A stretch of 64,000 nucleotides of DNA from NCBI GenBank assembly GCA_938036915.1, contig CALHVV010000066.1, positions 240 to 64,239 on the forward strand. The letters run 5' to 3'. Positions 38,584 to 48,071 of this stretch are shown here, in pieces. The position numbers were made by a program, and so were the translations under genes. Every line of letters begins with the position of its first letter. Within the stretch, counting starts at the first letter, position 1. The notes below the pieces were generated by a model, which saw nothing but the letters and a program-made list of their open reading frames with translations, was not told where the DNA came from and searched no databases. The DNA comes from an uncultured Candidatus Saccharibacteria bacterium. GTDB taxonomy: Bacteria; Patescibacteriota; Saccharimonadia; Saccharimonadales; Saccharimonadaceae.

Positions 38584-41500
38584 CTAGTCTTGTTTTGCAT
38601 TATCGCTCATAACGCGAAAGCGCTTAGTCGGGTCTTGACTCCACTCTCTAGCTTTGGATGCACGTCTATAGATCGCCTCATTACTCTGCATTTTTGCGTT
38701 GTAGAGTTGAGACCGCAGTGCTGCGTCAACTGCCAAGCCAGTAGCTTGTCTTGCTCGCATAAGCTGATCTTCGCTGATGCCACTAATACTGTCGCTATTA
38801 AGAACTTCCATCATATCCTTGAAGGCTGGCTCGTCCACATCGGCCATCTTGGGTGCGTTGTATTTCCCGCCTAGAGCACCTTCCACAACAGCTTGTTCAT
38901 AATTAAATTCACCTGCGCGTAACTGGTCTGCAGCTTTCCCAGTCCACCATGGGTTCTTTGATGCGGCGGGTGATCGCAATAAAGCATCAGCCAAAGCAGC
39001 GCGATCACCTGATCCAAGATCATCATTGGCATGCTGTGTCAGAGCTCGCAACTGGCCGGAATTAGCACTTTTAGCTGCCTCTTTAATAATATATCGTCTA
39101 TCAAAATCAGAAAAGGCTTTGAGGTCAAGAACATCACCCTTTACAAGTTTGCCGTCCTTATCTCTTTTATAACCTTGAATACCCTCTTCCCCCATTGCCA
39201 GCTGAAATATATCACTTTTTGAAAGAGCTTGTTCTTTCCCATCTTTATCTAGATACCGATAGTTTTCAAAGAATGACTCGGAAAGTTTCAGCTCATCCTC
39301 GGCCTGTTGGTCAATAAGACGTGAAGCGGTACTTTGGCCACGACGTACGGATCGGCCGATTGTGCCAGGAATGTTGCGCGCTTTATCGTTAATCCTCTTC
39401 ATACCCCAACTTTGTGCTCGTCTAAAGGGGTTCTTACCTGTATAGGTACCAGCTTGTGCCTGAGCTCGTGCTAACTCTTTAGCTCGCTCTCTTTCTTGCA
39501 TATATTGTCCGTAAGGTGATCGCTCAAGAGCTCCTTGTGCTTTGTTGCCAACAAAGTTTCCTGCTACTTTACCCATCTTCTCAGTTATATTTGCAAGACC
39601 CATCATAGAGGTCATCATACTCGTTATACGTGACACTAGTAGAAGTGGTGTAAAGGTAAGGACAGAGCCAATAATCTGTAAAACAAAACTTGTCTCACCT
39701 TTCATATTATTGATAACTGTTGCACCAAGAATGCAAGCACCATAGAGACAGCCGATAACAGGGTATATTATAAGGAGAGTTTTAAATGTAGCCCACCATT
39801 TTTTGAACATACCTTCCGTGTTTGGTAATAAAAGAGCGACAAATGCAAGTGGTGCTAAGATTACCATGAAAATAATTATGGCTTGTCGAGCACCAAGTAG
39901 AAATACAGTTACAGAAACAGTTACGACGATGAATATAAGACCAGTAATAACAGCCGATAGAGCAAAGAATCCTACAGTAAGACCAATAGCGGTGGCTGCA
40001 AGACCAACTAGCCCGTCACCTACTGCACTACCTTTTGTTGACCATCCACCTTCTGGCCCGGCACCACTACCACCGAGTGAGCCAATAAAGTTAAACGAGG
40101 AAGACCCAATAATATTAGAGATATCAATTAAAATCGCACATACATAAAAAGACAAGTTAACCAAAACAATAGTCATAAGAAGTTTGGGTAGTAATTTTTT
40201 TATACCATAATTACTAATACCTAAACCGGTTACCTGAGAATAAATAACAACAAGGAATGCAATAATGAATACAATGTTTGCAATATCGCGCATTTTTGAC
40301 CAATAATAGAAGGTAGAGCCTTCGTCTCGGTTAGTGAGTATTCCAGAATTTATTTCAAGCATATGGGCAAGGATACTCGCAGAGTCTGAAGATATCTTTG
40401 CAAGGAAATTAACAACTGGACAAACAAGCCAACCAATACCATCAACAGCGCACTGGGTACCAGTTTCTTCTCCGTCTGCTGCTTGCTCAGCTCCTTCACC
40501 AGCTGCTGCATCGGCACCATCTTTCTTCGCTTGGTCCTCTGCATTTTTTGCAGTTTCCTTTGAATTAACTTTGTTGATTGCATCTTTTATCTCTTTTTCT
40601 GATAGACTAGGCCACTTTTTATGCATACAAGAGGCGAGAGTCTCTTTTACAACAGCATCTTTGTCTTTGTTCTTCTCCTTTTGTCCTATTACAGTGTTGA
40701 GTGTGATTTGCTTATACCCTGCCTCATAGCATTTTTTGATAGATTTTTCCCATCCATCATCCTGACATTTTGATTGGTCTGCTTTGCATGCTTTATCCTT
40801 TAGAGGGGCTAAAGATGATACATACGAATTATAGACAGCATCCTTTGCTGCAGAGTCTTGAGCCGCTTTTATTGCCTTATCTGCTTGACTTGTAACTCTT
40901 TTTGATTTGCTTATACACCCTTCATTATCCGGTTCATCCGCTGTGGTACCTGAGTTACCATGATCGTGATAGACTGGCAGTTTGTGAGCAGAATATTTTG
41001 CGATTACTTGCTCAACAACGTCTTTGTTATTACTATTTTTGCTGATTTTATTATATGATATGTAACCATTCTTGGCTGCATCCGCGAGTTTCACCTCACC
41101 TTCACTAAATTTTGATCGAGGAGCTTCAGACGAAAGCGAACAGTATGTCTTAAAGTCTTTATAATAGTATGTATATAGCTCCCCCGGCGATAAATATTTA
41201 TCCTCTTTGTCGGTTGTAACACCAATTTTTGCTCGAATAGCCTTATTGACTGGTCCTTGGCGACCATTTGGGCCTGCTACCCAGGTGCCCTCACTGTTGT
41301 TGCTATAACCTGCTGCTTTCAAAAACTCTTCAGCACTACTAAAGCCCCATTTTGGTATTGCCTCAGTGTAGAGCTGACTACAGGTCTTTACAGCACCAAA
41401 TAGAGTTTTCTTTTTAGCATTGAATCCTTTTCCTTTGAGCTGGCTGCCCGTAACATCATTACCGCTTATCTTATCAATACCCTCAAAACAGCCCTCATGA

Positions 41501-41694
41501 ATATTATTGGTGTCTTGAGTATCAGGGCCAGGAATGCTGTCCTGCGCTTTGTAATACGCCCACTTGTCTATTTTGTCATCATGGTCATCAGCATAAGCCT
41601 TTTGGTCTATAAACACGCTAGAACTAAGTACAAGAATAATAGCTAATGGAAAGAGTGAAAAGCGCTTTAGCTTAGATACAAGAGAGTTTGTCAT
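38584..41694 (-). CDS. VirB6/TrbL-like polytopic T4SS protein with large N-terminal exported domain
   Basis: Signal peptide ending AYA; GIGWLVCP; RDIANI...GISNYGIKKLLPKL; APLAFVALLLPNTEGMFKKW. Confidence 0.82.
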   Translation of the reverse strand: MTNSLVSKLKRFSLFPLAIILVLSSSVFIDQKAYADDHDDKIDKWAYYKAQDSIPGPDTQDTNNIHEGCFEGIDKISGNDVTGSQLKGKGFNAKKKTLFGAVKTCSQLYTEAIPKWGFSSAEEFLKAAGYSNNSEGTWVAGPNGRQGPVNKAIRAKIGVTTDKEDKYLSPGELYTYYYKDFKTYCSLSSEAPRSKFSEGEVKLADAAKNGYISYNKISKNSNNKDVVEQVIAKYSAHKLPVYHDHGNSGTTADEPDNEGCISKSKRVTSQADKAIKAAQDSAAKDAVYNSYVSSLAPLKDKACKADQSKCQDDGWEKSIKKCYEAGYKQITLNTVIGQKEKNKDKDAVVKETLASCMHKKWPSLSEKEIKDAINKVNSKETAKNAEDQAKKDGADAAAGEGAEQAADGEETGTQCAVDGIGWLVCPVVNFLAKISSDSASILAHMLEINSGILTNRDEGSTFYYWSKMRDIANIVFIIAFLVVIYSQVTGLGISNYGIKKLLPKLLMTIVLVNLSFYVCAILIDISNIIGSSSFNFIGSLGGSGAGPEGGWSTKGSAVGDGLVGLAATAIGLTVGFFALSAVITGLIFIVVTVSVTVFLLGARQAIIIFMVILAPLAFVALLLPNTEGMFKKWWATFKTLLIIYPVIGCLYGACILGATVINNMKGETSFVLQIIGSVLTFTPLLLVSRITSMMTSMMGLANITEKMGKVAGNFVGNKAQGALERSPYGQYMQERERAKELARAQAQAGTYTGKNPFRRAQSWGMKRINDKARNIPGTIGRSVRRGQSTASRLIDQQAEDELKLSESFFENYRYLDKDGKEQALSKSDIFQLAMGEEGIQGYKRDKDGKLVKGDVLDLKAFSDFDRRYIIKEAAKSANSGQLRALTQHANDDLGSGDRAALADALLRSPAASKNPWWTGKAADQLRAGEFNYEQAVVEGALGGKYNAPKMADVDEPAFKDMMEVLNSDSISGISEDQLMRARQATGLAVDAALRSQLYNAKMQSNEAIYRRASKAREWSQDPTKRFRVMSDNAKQD

Positions 41695-41788
41695 ACACTA
41701 CATATAATACACAAAAATAAGTAAGAAAACCAGCCAAATACCATAAGTAATGTATGGTATTTGGCTGGCCTGGATGAAAGCTAGATTT

Positions 41789-42916
41789 TTAGCCTTCTTT
41801 GATATCGTTGAGAGGCGCGGTAACCCTTGGTTTGATCGCGCGAGCTTTATAGTCGTTTTCGTTTGTTGGATAAAAATAAGGTACACGGGGGAACGAATGT
41901 ACTGTGTAGTGGTTTGTGTTTCGATCTTTTTCGGTTATTTGCCTTTGGGTCTCAAGAGCGACGCGGTATGATTCTCCATTTTCGTCTCCTATCTCTTGCA
42001 CCTCACAGTATGCTGCCGAATATACCTGGGGTTGATTGGTTTCTTTGCCGTCGTTGATCGGGAATGGGTCTTCGTATTCTGCCATGATCGCACATTTCGT
42101 AACGTGGAGAGCAATGCGGTCTTCTTTTTCTGGTTTTTTGTCTTTCGTATGAGCTTCATAAGCGGCTTCGACAAGGCGGCCATAATAACCGTGGGGTTTA
42201 AATTTATTTTTGTCACTGTCATCTTTATTCTCATCATTGGAACCTCTGACGATATTAGAATGTGGGACGTCTATATAATCTGCCAAACATCGCAGCACTG
42301 GCCATACTTCAACTTCTCTACCCTCTGCATTTGTGAATAAAGCTTTTGATTGGGCGTCATCACAGAGATCACGGAGAAGTCGATCGACATGATCAAACCA
42401 TGTAATTGCTAGCTCTTTTGCTTGATTAGCACCTGATTCGGTAAGAATTTTCATAATATTGGGATCATCAAGGTTATTGCCAAAGAAGGTTTTACACGCA
42501 AGTCCTTTGTCATAATCACCCATTGTTTTCCACTTTTCAGAGTCAAACTCACTGAGATTCGCAAAGTTATACGACCGGCGAGGTTCGGGCCGCTCACTAC
42601 TTGGCGTACCAGGCTCTACTGGCTCTTGGGTGGGCGGTGGCGTTTCTGTCGCCGTGGCAGATGAAGTTGCTTCTGAGCTTGAGCTTGGAGATTCTGATGG
42701 TGATGGTGTCTCTGAAGAGGCTGAGCTAGATCGGTTGTGACCAAAAAGAGCTGCTGATAGACCTGCTCCGACAGCCAGGGCTGCACCACCGAGACTCAAA
42801 CCGATAAGGAAATCTCGTCTACGGGTTTTATTCTCTTCATGAGGATGAGGAGGCGCATTGTTTGGCACTTCAGGTCCGCTAATGTTTGTCGGATAACCAT
42901 TGTAGTTGTCTGTCAT
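41789..42916 (-). CDS. single-TM hypothetical protein with RRxFL motif and Ser/Pro/Thr linker
   Basis: TRRRDFLIGLSLGGAALAVGAG; GGAGG RBS; has its own promoter. Confidence 0.75.
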   Translation of the reverse strand: MTDNYNGYPTNISGPEVPNNAPPHPHEENKTRRRDFLIGLSLGGAALAVGAGLSAALFGHNRSSSASSETPSPSESPSSSSEATSSATATETPPPTQEPVEPGTPSSERPEPRRSYNFANLSEFDSEKWKTMGDYDKGLACKTFFGNNLDDPNIMKILTESGANQAKELAITWFDHVDRLLRDLCDDAQSKALFTNAEGREVEVWPVLRCLADYIDVPHSNIVRGSNDENKDDSDKNKFKPHGYYGRLVEAAYEAHTKDKKPEKEDRIALHVTKCAIMAEYEDPFPINDGKETNQPQVYSAAYCEVQEIGDENGESYRVALETQRQITEKDRNTNHYTVHSFPRVPYFYPTNENDYKARAIKPRVTAPLNDIKEG

Positions 42917-42983
42917 AAGCTTCAATCCTCCCCAATACAGGATTAGTGGTTATGTGTGCTTATTATCTGCGCACTTGCGTTTC

Positions 42984-43012
42984 ATGCTACCATTGTTTGC
43001 GCGGCAGGTCAA
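42984..43012 (-). promoter_or_regulatory. sigma70-type promoter
   Basis: Minus strand TTGACC-17 nt-TAGCAT, with TG extension. Confidence 0.6.
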
Positions 43013-43351
43013 ATATTTTTTGGCCTCTGTTGAGAAAAATGAATGGCGCATGCACACAGAGGTTGGTATAGAAATATATTCGAACGATATTTTTTGGCAA
43101 AAATGGGAGATATTTTATACATACCGCATGATAAAGAAAATATGGTGGTTTGCAACCATCCAATCGTACAAGAATAATTATTGATCCTTCCCTATACATT
43201 TATATTTAAAATAATTAACGATACAGACTGACAAATATAATACCAATGCACACTCTCATAGGTAAAATACTTGCATGAGCAAGTTGCAATATATCCGAGC
43301 AACTCATACATATTGCCACCCCACCCTACATCCGCTATAATACAGAGGTAC

Positions 43352-43441
43352 GGAGAGGTGCAAGAGTGGTTGAATTGGCACGCCTGGAACGCGTGTGTGG
43401 CGGCAACGTCACCCAGGGTTCGAATCCCTGTCTCTCCGCCA
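43352..43441 (+). tRNA. tRNA-Ser(GGA)
   Basis: Acceptor GGAGAGG/TCTCTCC, anticodon arm CACGC-CTGGAAC-GCGTG, long variable arm, TTCGAAT, encoded GCCA; TATAAT upstream. Confidence 0.96.
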
Positions 43442-43581
43442 TACCAGCGCCAAGTAGCACGCTGCTATAGAAATGCGCTGCTGATTCGTCTTTTTTGGCA
43501 TGATGCGTGGCTATACTGTATATTTTTGTGCAGATTGGGCTTGCAGAAATGTTTTTTGACAGTTTATACTAAAGGATAATT

Positions 43582-44862
43582 ATGGTACGATCTTCTACAC
43601 CAGTTATAGAACTCCGAGGCCTCACCAAGCAGTATGGTCTGGGCGATGCTGCCCAAAACGCCTTGGACAACGTCGACCTGCGAGTCGAAAAAGGCGAATT
43701 TATCGTCATTATGGGCCCCAGTGGTTGCGGTAAGACGACATTGCTCAATATCATGGGCTTGCTCGACCGCGCCGACAGCGGCGAGTATTTTCTTGATGGG
43801 ACATCGGTCGCAACGCTGAGCAAGCGCCAGCACGCCCGGATTCGCTCGCGGCAGATTGGTATCGTCTTCCAGAGTTTTAACTTGATTAATCGCCTAACGG
43901 TGCTTGAGAATGTTGCCCTTCCCCTGAGTTATCGTGGAGGGATGCGCCGCGTCAAGCGCCTAGAGCAAGCCAGTGCGGTGCTGAAGAATTTCCACCTCCA
44001 AGAGCGCGAATATTACATGCCGTGGCAGCTTAGTGGTGGGCAGGTGCAGCGCGTGGCGATTGCCCGCGCCCTGGTAAATCACCCGTCGATTATCCTAGCT
44101 GATGAGCCAACTGGTAACCTCGATAGCCGTTCGAGCCATATCATCATGGAAGAGCTGGCTCAGCTGCACCGCCGGGGTAATACCATTATTATGGTGACGC
44201 ACAACCCCAACCTTACGAGCTACGCCAGCCGTGTGATTAAGATGCTTGATGGGCAGATTGCTAGTGATGAGCAGATGCGCACCACTGCTGCCGCGCCAAC
44301 GCCAGTGGCTCGCAAGCCACGGGTGCGTCGGGCGGCGCCTGCTGGCAAGGCCGTACCAACGATTGCACAGGGCACGGTATCGGCCACTCAGTCAGCTGCG
44401 CCAGTCAAGGCAATTGCTCGCGGTCGGCCCGCTAAGGTTACTACACCAGCAACGACAGCACCAACAGTAGTCGACTACGAAGATCCGCATACCCAAGATG
44501 GTCCGACTATTGAGCCTATGCCAGTTGCTCCACCAGAAGTGCCGCCAACCTTGCCGGCTGCACAGCACGCTCCGTCGGCAGGGCAGCCTGCTCTGGCACA
44601 CTCTGCTGCGCCGGCTCAAGCAGCATCGGCTATTTCAGCTCAGCCAGCAGCGCCTGCGTCAACACAGCCTGTAGCCGCACCACCCAAGCCGGTTGCACCA
44701 CAACCCGCTAGTCAGTCGGCGCAGCCTGCAGCACCAGCAGCCCATGTTGCGGTGCAATCACCATCTGCAGCATCTGCTCAGCCAGCCAAGGCTACACCGG
44801 CCCAGCAGCCCGCTGCACCATCGTCTGCTCACCAATCTAGCACAAAGGAGCCCCAGGCATGA
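43582..44862 (+). CDS. MacB/LolD-type ABC ATPase with ~190-aa Pro/Ala/Gln-rich tail
   Basis: GPSGCGKTT, LSGGQVQRVAIARAL, ADEPTGNLD. Confidence 0.93.
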   Translation: MVRSSTPVIELRGLTKQYGLGDAAQNALDNVDLRVEKGEFIVIMGPSGCGKTTLLNIMGLLDRADSGEYFLDGTSVATLSKRQHARIRSRQIGIVFQSFNLINRLTVLENVALPLSYRGGMRRVKRLEQASAVLKNFHLQEREYYMPWQLSGGQVQRVAIARALVNHPSIILADEPTGNLDSRSSHIIMEELAQLHRRGNTIIMVTHNPNLTSYASRVIKMLDGQIASDEQMRTTAAAPTPVARKPRVRRAAPAGKAVPTIAQGTVSATQSAAPVKAIARGRPAKVTTPATTAPTVVDYEDPHTQDGPTIEPMPVAPPEVPPTLPAAQHAPSAGQPALAHSAAPAQAASAISAQPAAPASTQPVAAPPKPVAPQPASQSAQPAAPAAHVAVQSPSAASAQPAKATPAQQPAAPSSAHQSSTKEPQA

Positions 44863-46082
44863 TAATCATCGACCATTTCGAAAATGCAAGCAGTAGCTTC
44901 CGGCGCAATCGCGGCCGTAATTTGCTGGCGACGCTGGGTGTGGCAATTGGTGTGGGTAGTATCGTAGCGATCTTGGCACTGAGCGGTGGTCTGCACAATA
45001 TCATCTCCCAACAGGTGTCCGACCTCAACAATAACCTCATTGTGGTGCGCCCTGGCGTGCAAGACAAGAGCTTCTCGTCGCTGGCGAGCTCGGTGGCGCA
45101 GTATAATTACAATACCAGCACCATTACCGAGTCCGACGTTGAGGCAGTGCGCAAGATGCCACATATCCGCGCTGTGGCACCAATGATGACCTCCGAGAAC
45201 AAGCTCAAGAGCAACGACCGAGAAGCCACCACTACTGTTGTGGCAACTTCGCCAGACCTTGCTATCACGAGTCAGCTCGAACTACGTGAGGGCGACTTTC
45301 TCGAGGGTGGCACGCACGACGCCAAGCCAGCGGTGCTTGGCCCAAAGCTATCGGTGCAGCTGTTTGGCACCGAGCAGTCGATTGGCCAGACCTTCAAAAT
45401 TCGCGGCAAGGAATTTATCGTGGTGGGGGTGATGCGTGCTACAGAAAATCCGCTGAATTATAACAACGTTGATTTCGACAATGCAGCTATCATCACTACC
45501 GAGGCAGGTAAGAAGATCCACAGTGGTCATACACAGATTCAGCAGATCAACATCCAGGCCGATGCATCGCAGCAGGTCGGGCAGATTGCCCAGCAAGTTA
45601 AGGATAAAATCAAGCAAAATCACCAAGGCGAAGAAGACTTTACCGTGGCTACAGGCGATGCGATTAGCCAGCCAACCAATCGGCTCTTTACCGCGCTGAC
45701 TCAGGTGCTGACGCTAATTGCAGCCATCTCGCTGGTGGTTGGCGGCATCGGCATCATGAACATCATGCTGGTGAGTGTGGTGGAGCGTACGCGCGAGGTG
45801 GGTATCCGCAAAGCGGTTGGTGCGACCGATGGTAATATCATCACCCAGTTCGTTATTGAGGCGCTGGCGATTAGCTTGCTCGGTGGTATTCTGGGCTACA
45901 TCCTGGGTTACATAGTGGCGCTGAGCTTTAGCCTGTGGCTGTCCTTTGCGCCATCGCTAGAGTGGCAAACGGCGGTGATGGCAATTGGCCTGGCACTGGC
46001 GGTTGGCCTCACCTTCGGCCTCTACCCAGCTATTCGGGCCGCGCGCAAGAACACGATCGAGTCGCTACGGCAGTACCACTAA
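44859..46082 (+). CDS. MacB/FtsX-family ABC permease
   Basis: GGIGIMNIMLVSVVERTREVGIRKAVGA, FGLYPA. Confidence 0.93.
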   Translation: MIIIDHFENASSSFRRNRGRNLLATLGVAIGVGSIVAILALSGGLHNIISQQVSDLNNNLIVVRPGVQDKSFSSLASSVAQYNYNTSTITESDVEAVRKMPHIRAVAPMMTSENKLKSNDREATTTVVATSPDLAITSQLELREGDFLEGGTHDAKPAVLGPKLSVQLFGTEQSIGQTFKIRGKEFIVVGVMRATENPLNYNNVDFDNAAIITTEAGKKIHSGHTQIQQINIQADASQQVGQIAQQVKDKIKQNHQGEEDFTVATGDAISQPTNRLFTALTQVLTLIAAISLVVGGIGIMNIMLVSVVERTREVGIRKAVGATDGNIITQFVIEALAISLLGGILGYILGYIVALSFSLWLSFAPSLEWQTAVMAIGLALAVGLTFGLYPAIRAARKNTIESLRQYH

Positions 46083-46106
46083 ACAAGATAAGTTATGTTG
46101 ATATAG

Positions 46107-46133
46107 AACCCGCCCGCATGTGGCGGGTTTTTT
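46107..46133 (+). terminator. intrinsic terminator
   Basis: AACCCGCC-cgcatgt-GGCGGGTT TTTT. Confidence 0.85.
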
Positions 46134-46405
46134 GTATGAGTTGTGGTATTTCTGGCCTGCCCTACCCTGTTCATTTACAGAGTACGATGATAGAATTTTT
46201 GCACATATTATTCCAGATTAATCGTCACATGTAATGTTTGAGATGATGAGCGATTTCGTAGGTGAATTTATTGTAGCAGTTTGTTGTTTATGTAACATTT
46301 TTCGACAGCGAGCCATCGTACAAGATCATGACAAGGGCTTAAGAATTAGAATAAAAAACAAAACACTACGATTCTCAAAAACTAAAACACGCTAGGATTA
46401 GAGCT

Positions 46406-47428
46406 TTAAGATTTGTCGCCCTTCTCCTGCTTCACGCCATTCAACACACCAAGGTAGCAGCTAGCAAATTCTGCTAGAATCATGCCACGTAATACCTGCT
46501 CGATCTCTGTCTCGCCAGCAAGCAAGATAGACTTCGCGTGGGGTCTGCGGCCACTGAGGCGGCGATCGAGCGCTGCCATGCGTTGCTGGGTAGTGGTGTC
46601 ATTCTCCCCTGCGAGGTCGAAAAGCGCAAATGGTTTGTCTACAGGATGGCTTAGCCAGCCGTGAGCGCCAGCCTGCTCGGCCTCGGCAAGGGTGGTGGCG
46701 AATGCCACATTGTGCGCCCGCTCCTGCCAGCACCACTGCCACCACTGGGCGACCGGCGCGAGTGCCCCACTGCCGCAAAAAACCGCCGTCTTGCCCGCTG
46801 CCTGGCGTGCAAGCCGCTTGGCGAGGTTACGAGCGGTCGGTACGGTAGCATCCCACTGCTGCGTTGCATTCGCTGCGTACGCTGCGCCATCTGCTATCGC
46901 TTCCACAAGATCATCATCCAGCAACTGATAGGCCGTCAGTAGCGCACTCAGTGTGCTGAGTATGCGTAGTGGTTCTACCTGCCCTTCTCTCTTCGCAACC
47001 GGCACGACGATAGCTGCAGGGTATGCTGCGGTGCACTCAGCCACGGCAGCACCATGGGTGAGCAGAACAGTCGGAACACTGTGCTGCTCTATATAACACA
47101 TCATATTTTTTACCTGGTCAAGTGAGATGCCGGCCTCAATAATAATCACCAGGCTATGTGTATCCACAAATGCGGGCACTGCCGCTGCCTCGCGGCACAA
47201 CACAGGCACAGTCATGTGAGGCTGCACGAGCTGCTGAGCAACGCGAGCCAGCACCGCACCACCATCCGTTGCTATAATCACAACATTATGAATATCATGC
47301 TGGACTGATATATGTGAGAGCTGGCTGGCTACCTCTGTTGGTAGCGTCGTTTGTTTCCATAATGTTGCAATGTGATGCAGAGTGGCCTCGGCACCGCGTT
47401 GGCGCAATGTGGTCTGGTCATCAAGCAT
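46406..47428 (-). CDS. degenerate SIS-domain protein related to bifunctional phosphoglucose/phosphomannose isomerase
   Basis: VPAFVDTHSLVI, NLAKRLA...GKTAVF, GWLSHPVDKPFA, ASCYLGVLNG; catalytic motifs altered. Confidence 0.72.
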   Translation of the reverse strand: MLDDQTTLRQRGAEATLHHIATLWKQTTLPTEVASQLSHISVQHDIHNVVIIATDGGAVLARVAQQLVQPHMTVPVLCREAAAVPAFVDTHSLVIIIEAGISLDQVKNMMCYIEQHSVPTVLLTHGAAVAECTAAYPAAIVVPVAKREGQVEPLRILSTLSALLTAYQLLDDDLVEAIADGAAYAANATQQWDATVPTARNLAKRLARQAAGKTAVFCGSGALAPVAQWWQWCWQERAHNVAFATTLAEAEQAGAHGWLSHPVDKPFALFDLAGENDTTTQQRMAALDRRLSGRRPHAKSILLAGETEIEQVLRGMILAEFASCYLGVLNGVKQEKGDKS

Positions 47429-47509
47429 AATCGTCTCCTTCTGCTTGCAAGAGTATACCCTCCCATGATACATTAATTAGCAGAGAATCATAAGCATATT
47501 TGGAGACAG

Positions 47510-47983
47510 GTGGGAACCATGAATATCAGCACTACATCACAATCAATTACCGACGATCAAGAGCTTGCCAAGGTGCTCGCTGGGATCGGCCCGCAGGTGG
47601 GCACAGCAGCGTCGCAGCGGTCGCAGGCGATGATGTCGGGGCAAGGTGCTGGCCGTTCGTCACTCTCGGGTATGTCGGGCAATATGGGCTCGTCAGTGCC
47701 AGTCATGTCCTCGCAGCAGCAACCATCGCAGCCTGCGCCCAGTGGTGAAGCGCTCAATGGCGTGAAGCAGTCGGCCATCAAAGAGCTGCGCCCACTGGTG
47801 GATAAGCTCAACGTCAGCCCAGATGAGAAGTTCGACACCTATCTGCTTTTGATCCGCTCGACGGACGACAAGAGTTTGATCGACCCAGCGTACCAAATCG
47901 CTAAATCTATTCGCGATGAAACCCGCCGCGCCCAAGCACTGCTCGACATTATCAAAGAGATCGACTATCTGTCGCAGCGGTAG
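47510..47983 (+). CDS. hypothetical protein (disordered N-half, helical C-half)
   Basis: GGAG RBS; C-terminal ELRPLVDKL...LLLIRSTDD...ALLDIIKEIDY; terminator follows. Confidence 0.8.
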   Translation: MGTMNISTTSQSITDDQELAKVLAGIGPQVGTAASQRSQAMMSGQGAGRSSLSGMSGNMGSSVPVMSSQQQPSQPAPSGEALNGVKQSAIKELRPLVDKLNVSPDEKFDTYLLLIRSTDDKSLIDPAYQIAKSIRDETRRAQALLDIIKEIDYLSQR

Positions 47984-48009
47984 TGGATACTGCAATAAGA
48001 ACAAGCATT

Positions 48010-48033
48010 ATCACCACTGATGTGGTGATTTTG
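48010..48033 (+). terminator. intrinsic terminator
   Basis: ATCACCAC-tgat-GTGGTGAT TTTG. Confidence 0.6.
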
Positions 48034-48071
48034 TTATAGCGCTAAAAATGGTATATACTACAAACACAATC

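Noticed and set aside
28817..43441. ICE or genomic island integrated at tRNA-Ser(GGA)
   Set aside because: No integrase or relaxase, and no duplicated tRNA 3' end at the recF side; the locus lies upstream of the tRNA rather than downstream
43271..43579. Track ORFs overlapping tRNAs (also 59475-60035, 60770-60985, and the 5' extension of HIT to 59915)
   Set aside because: They are translations of tRNA sequence
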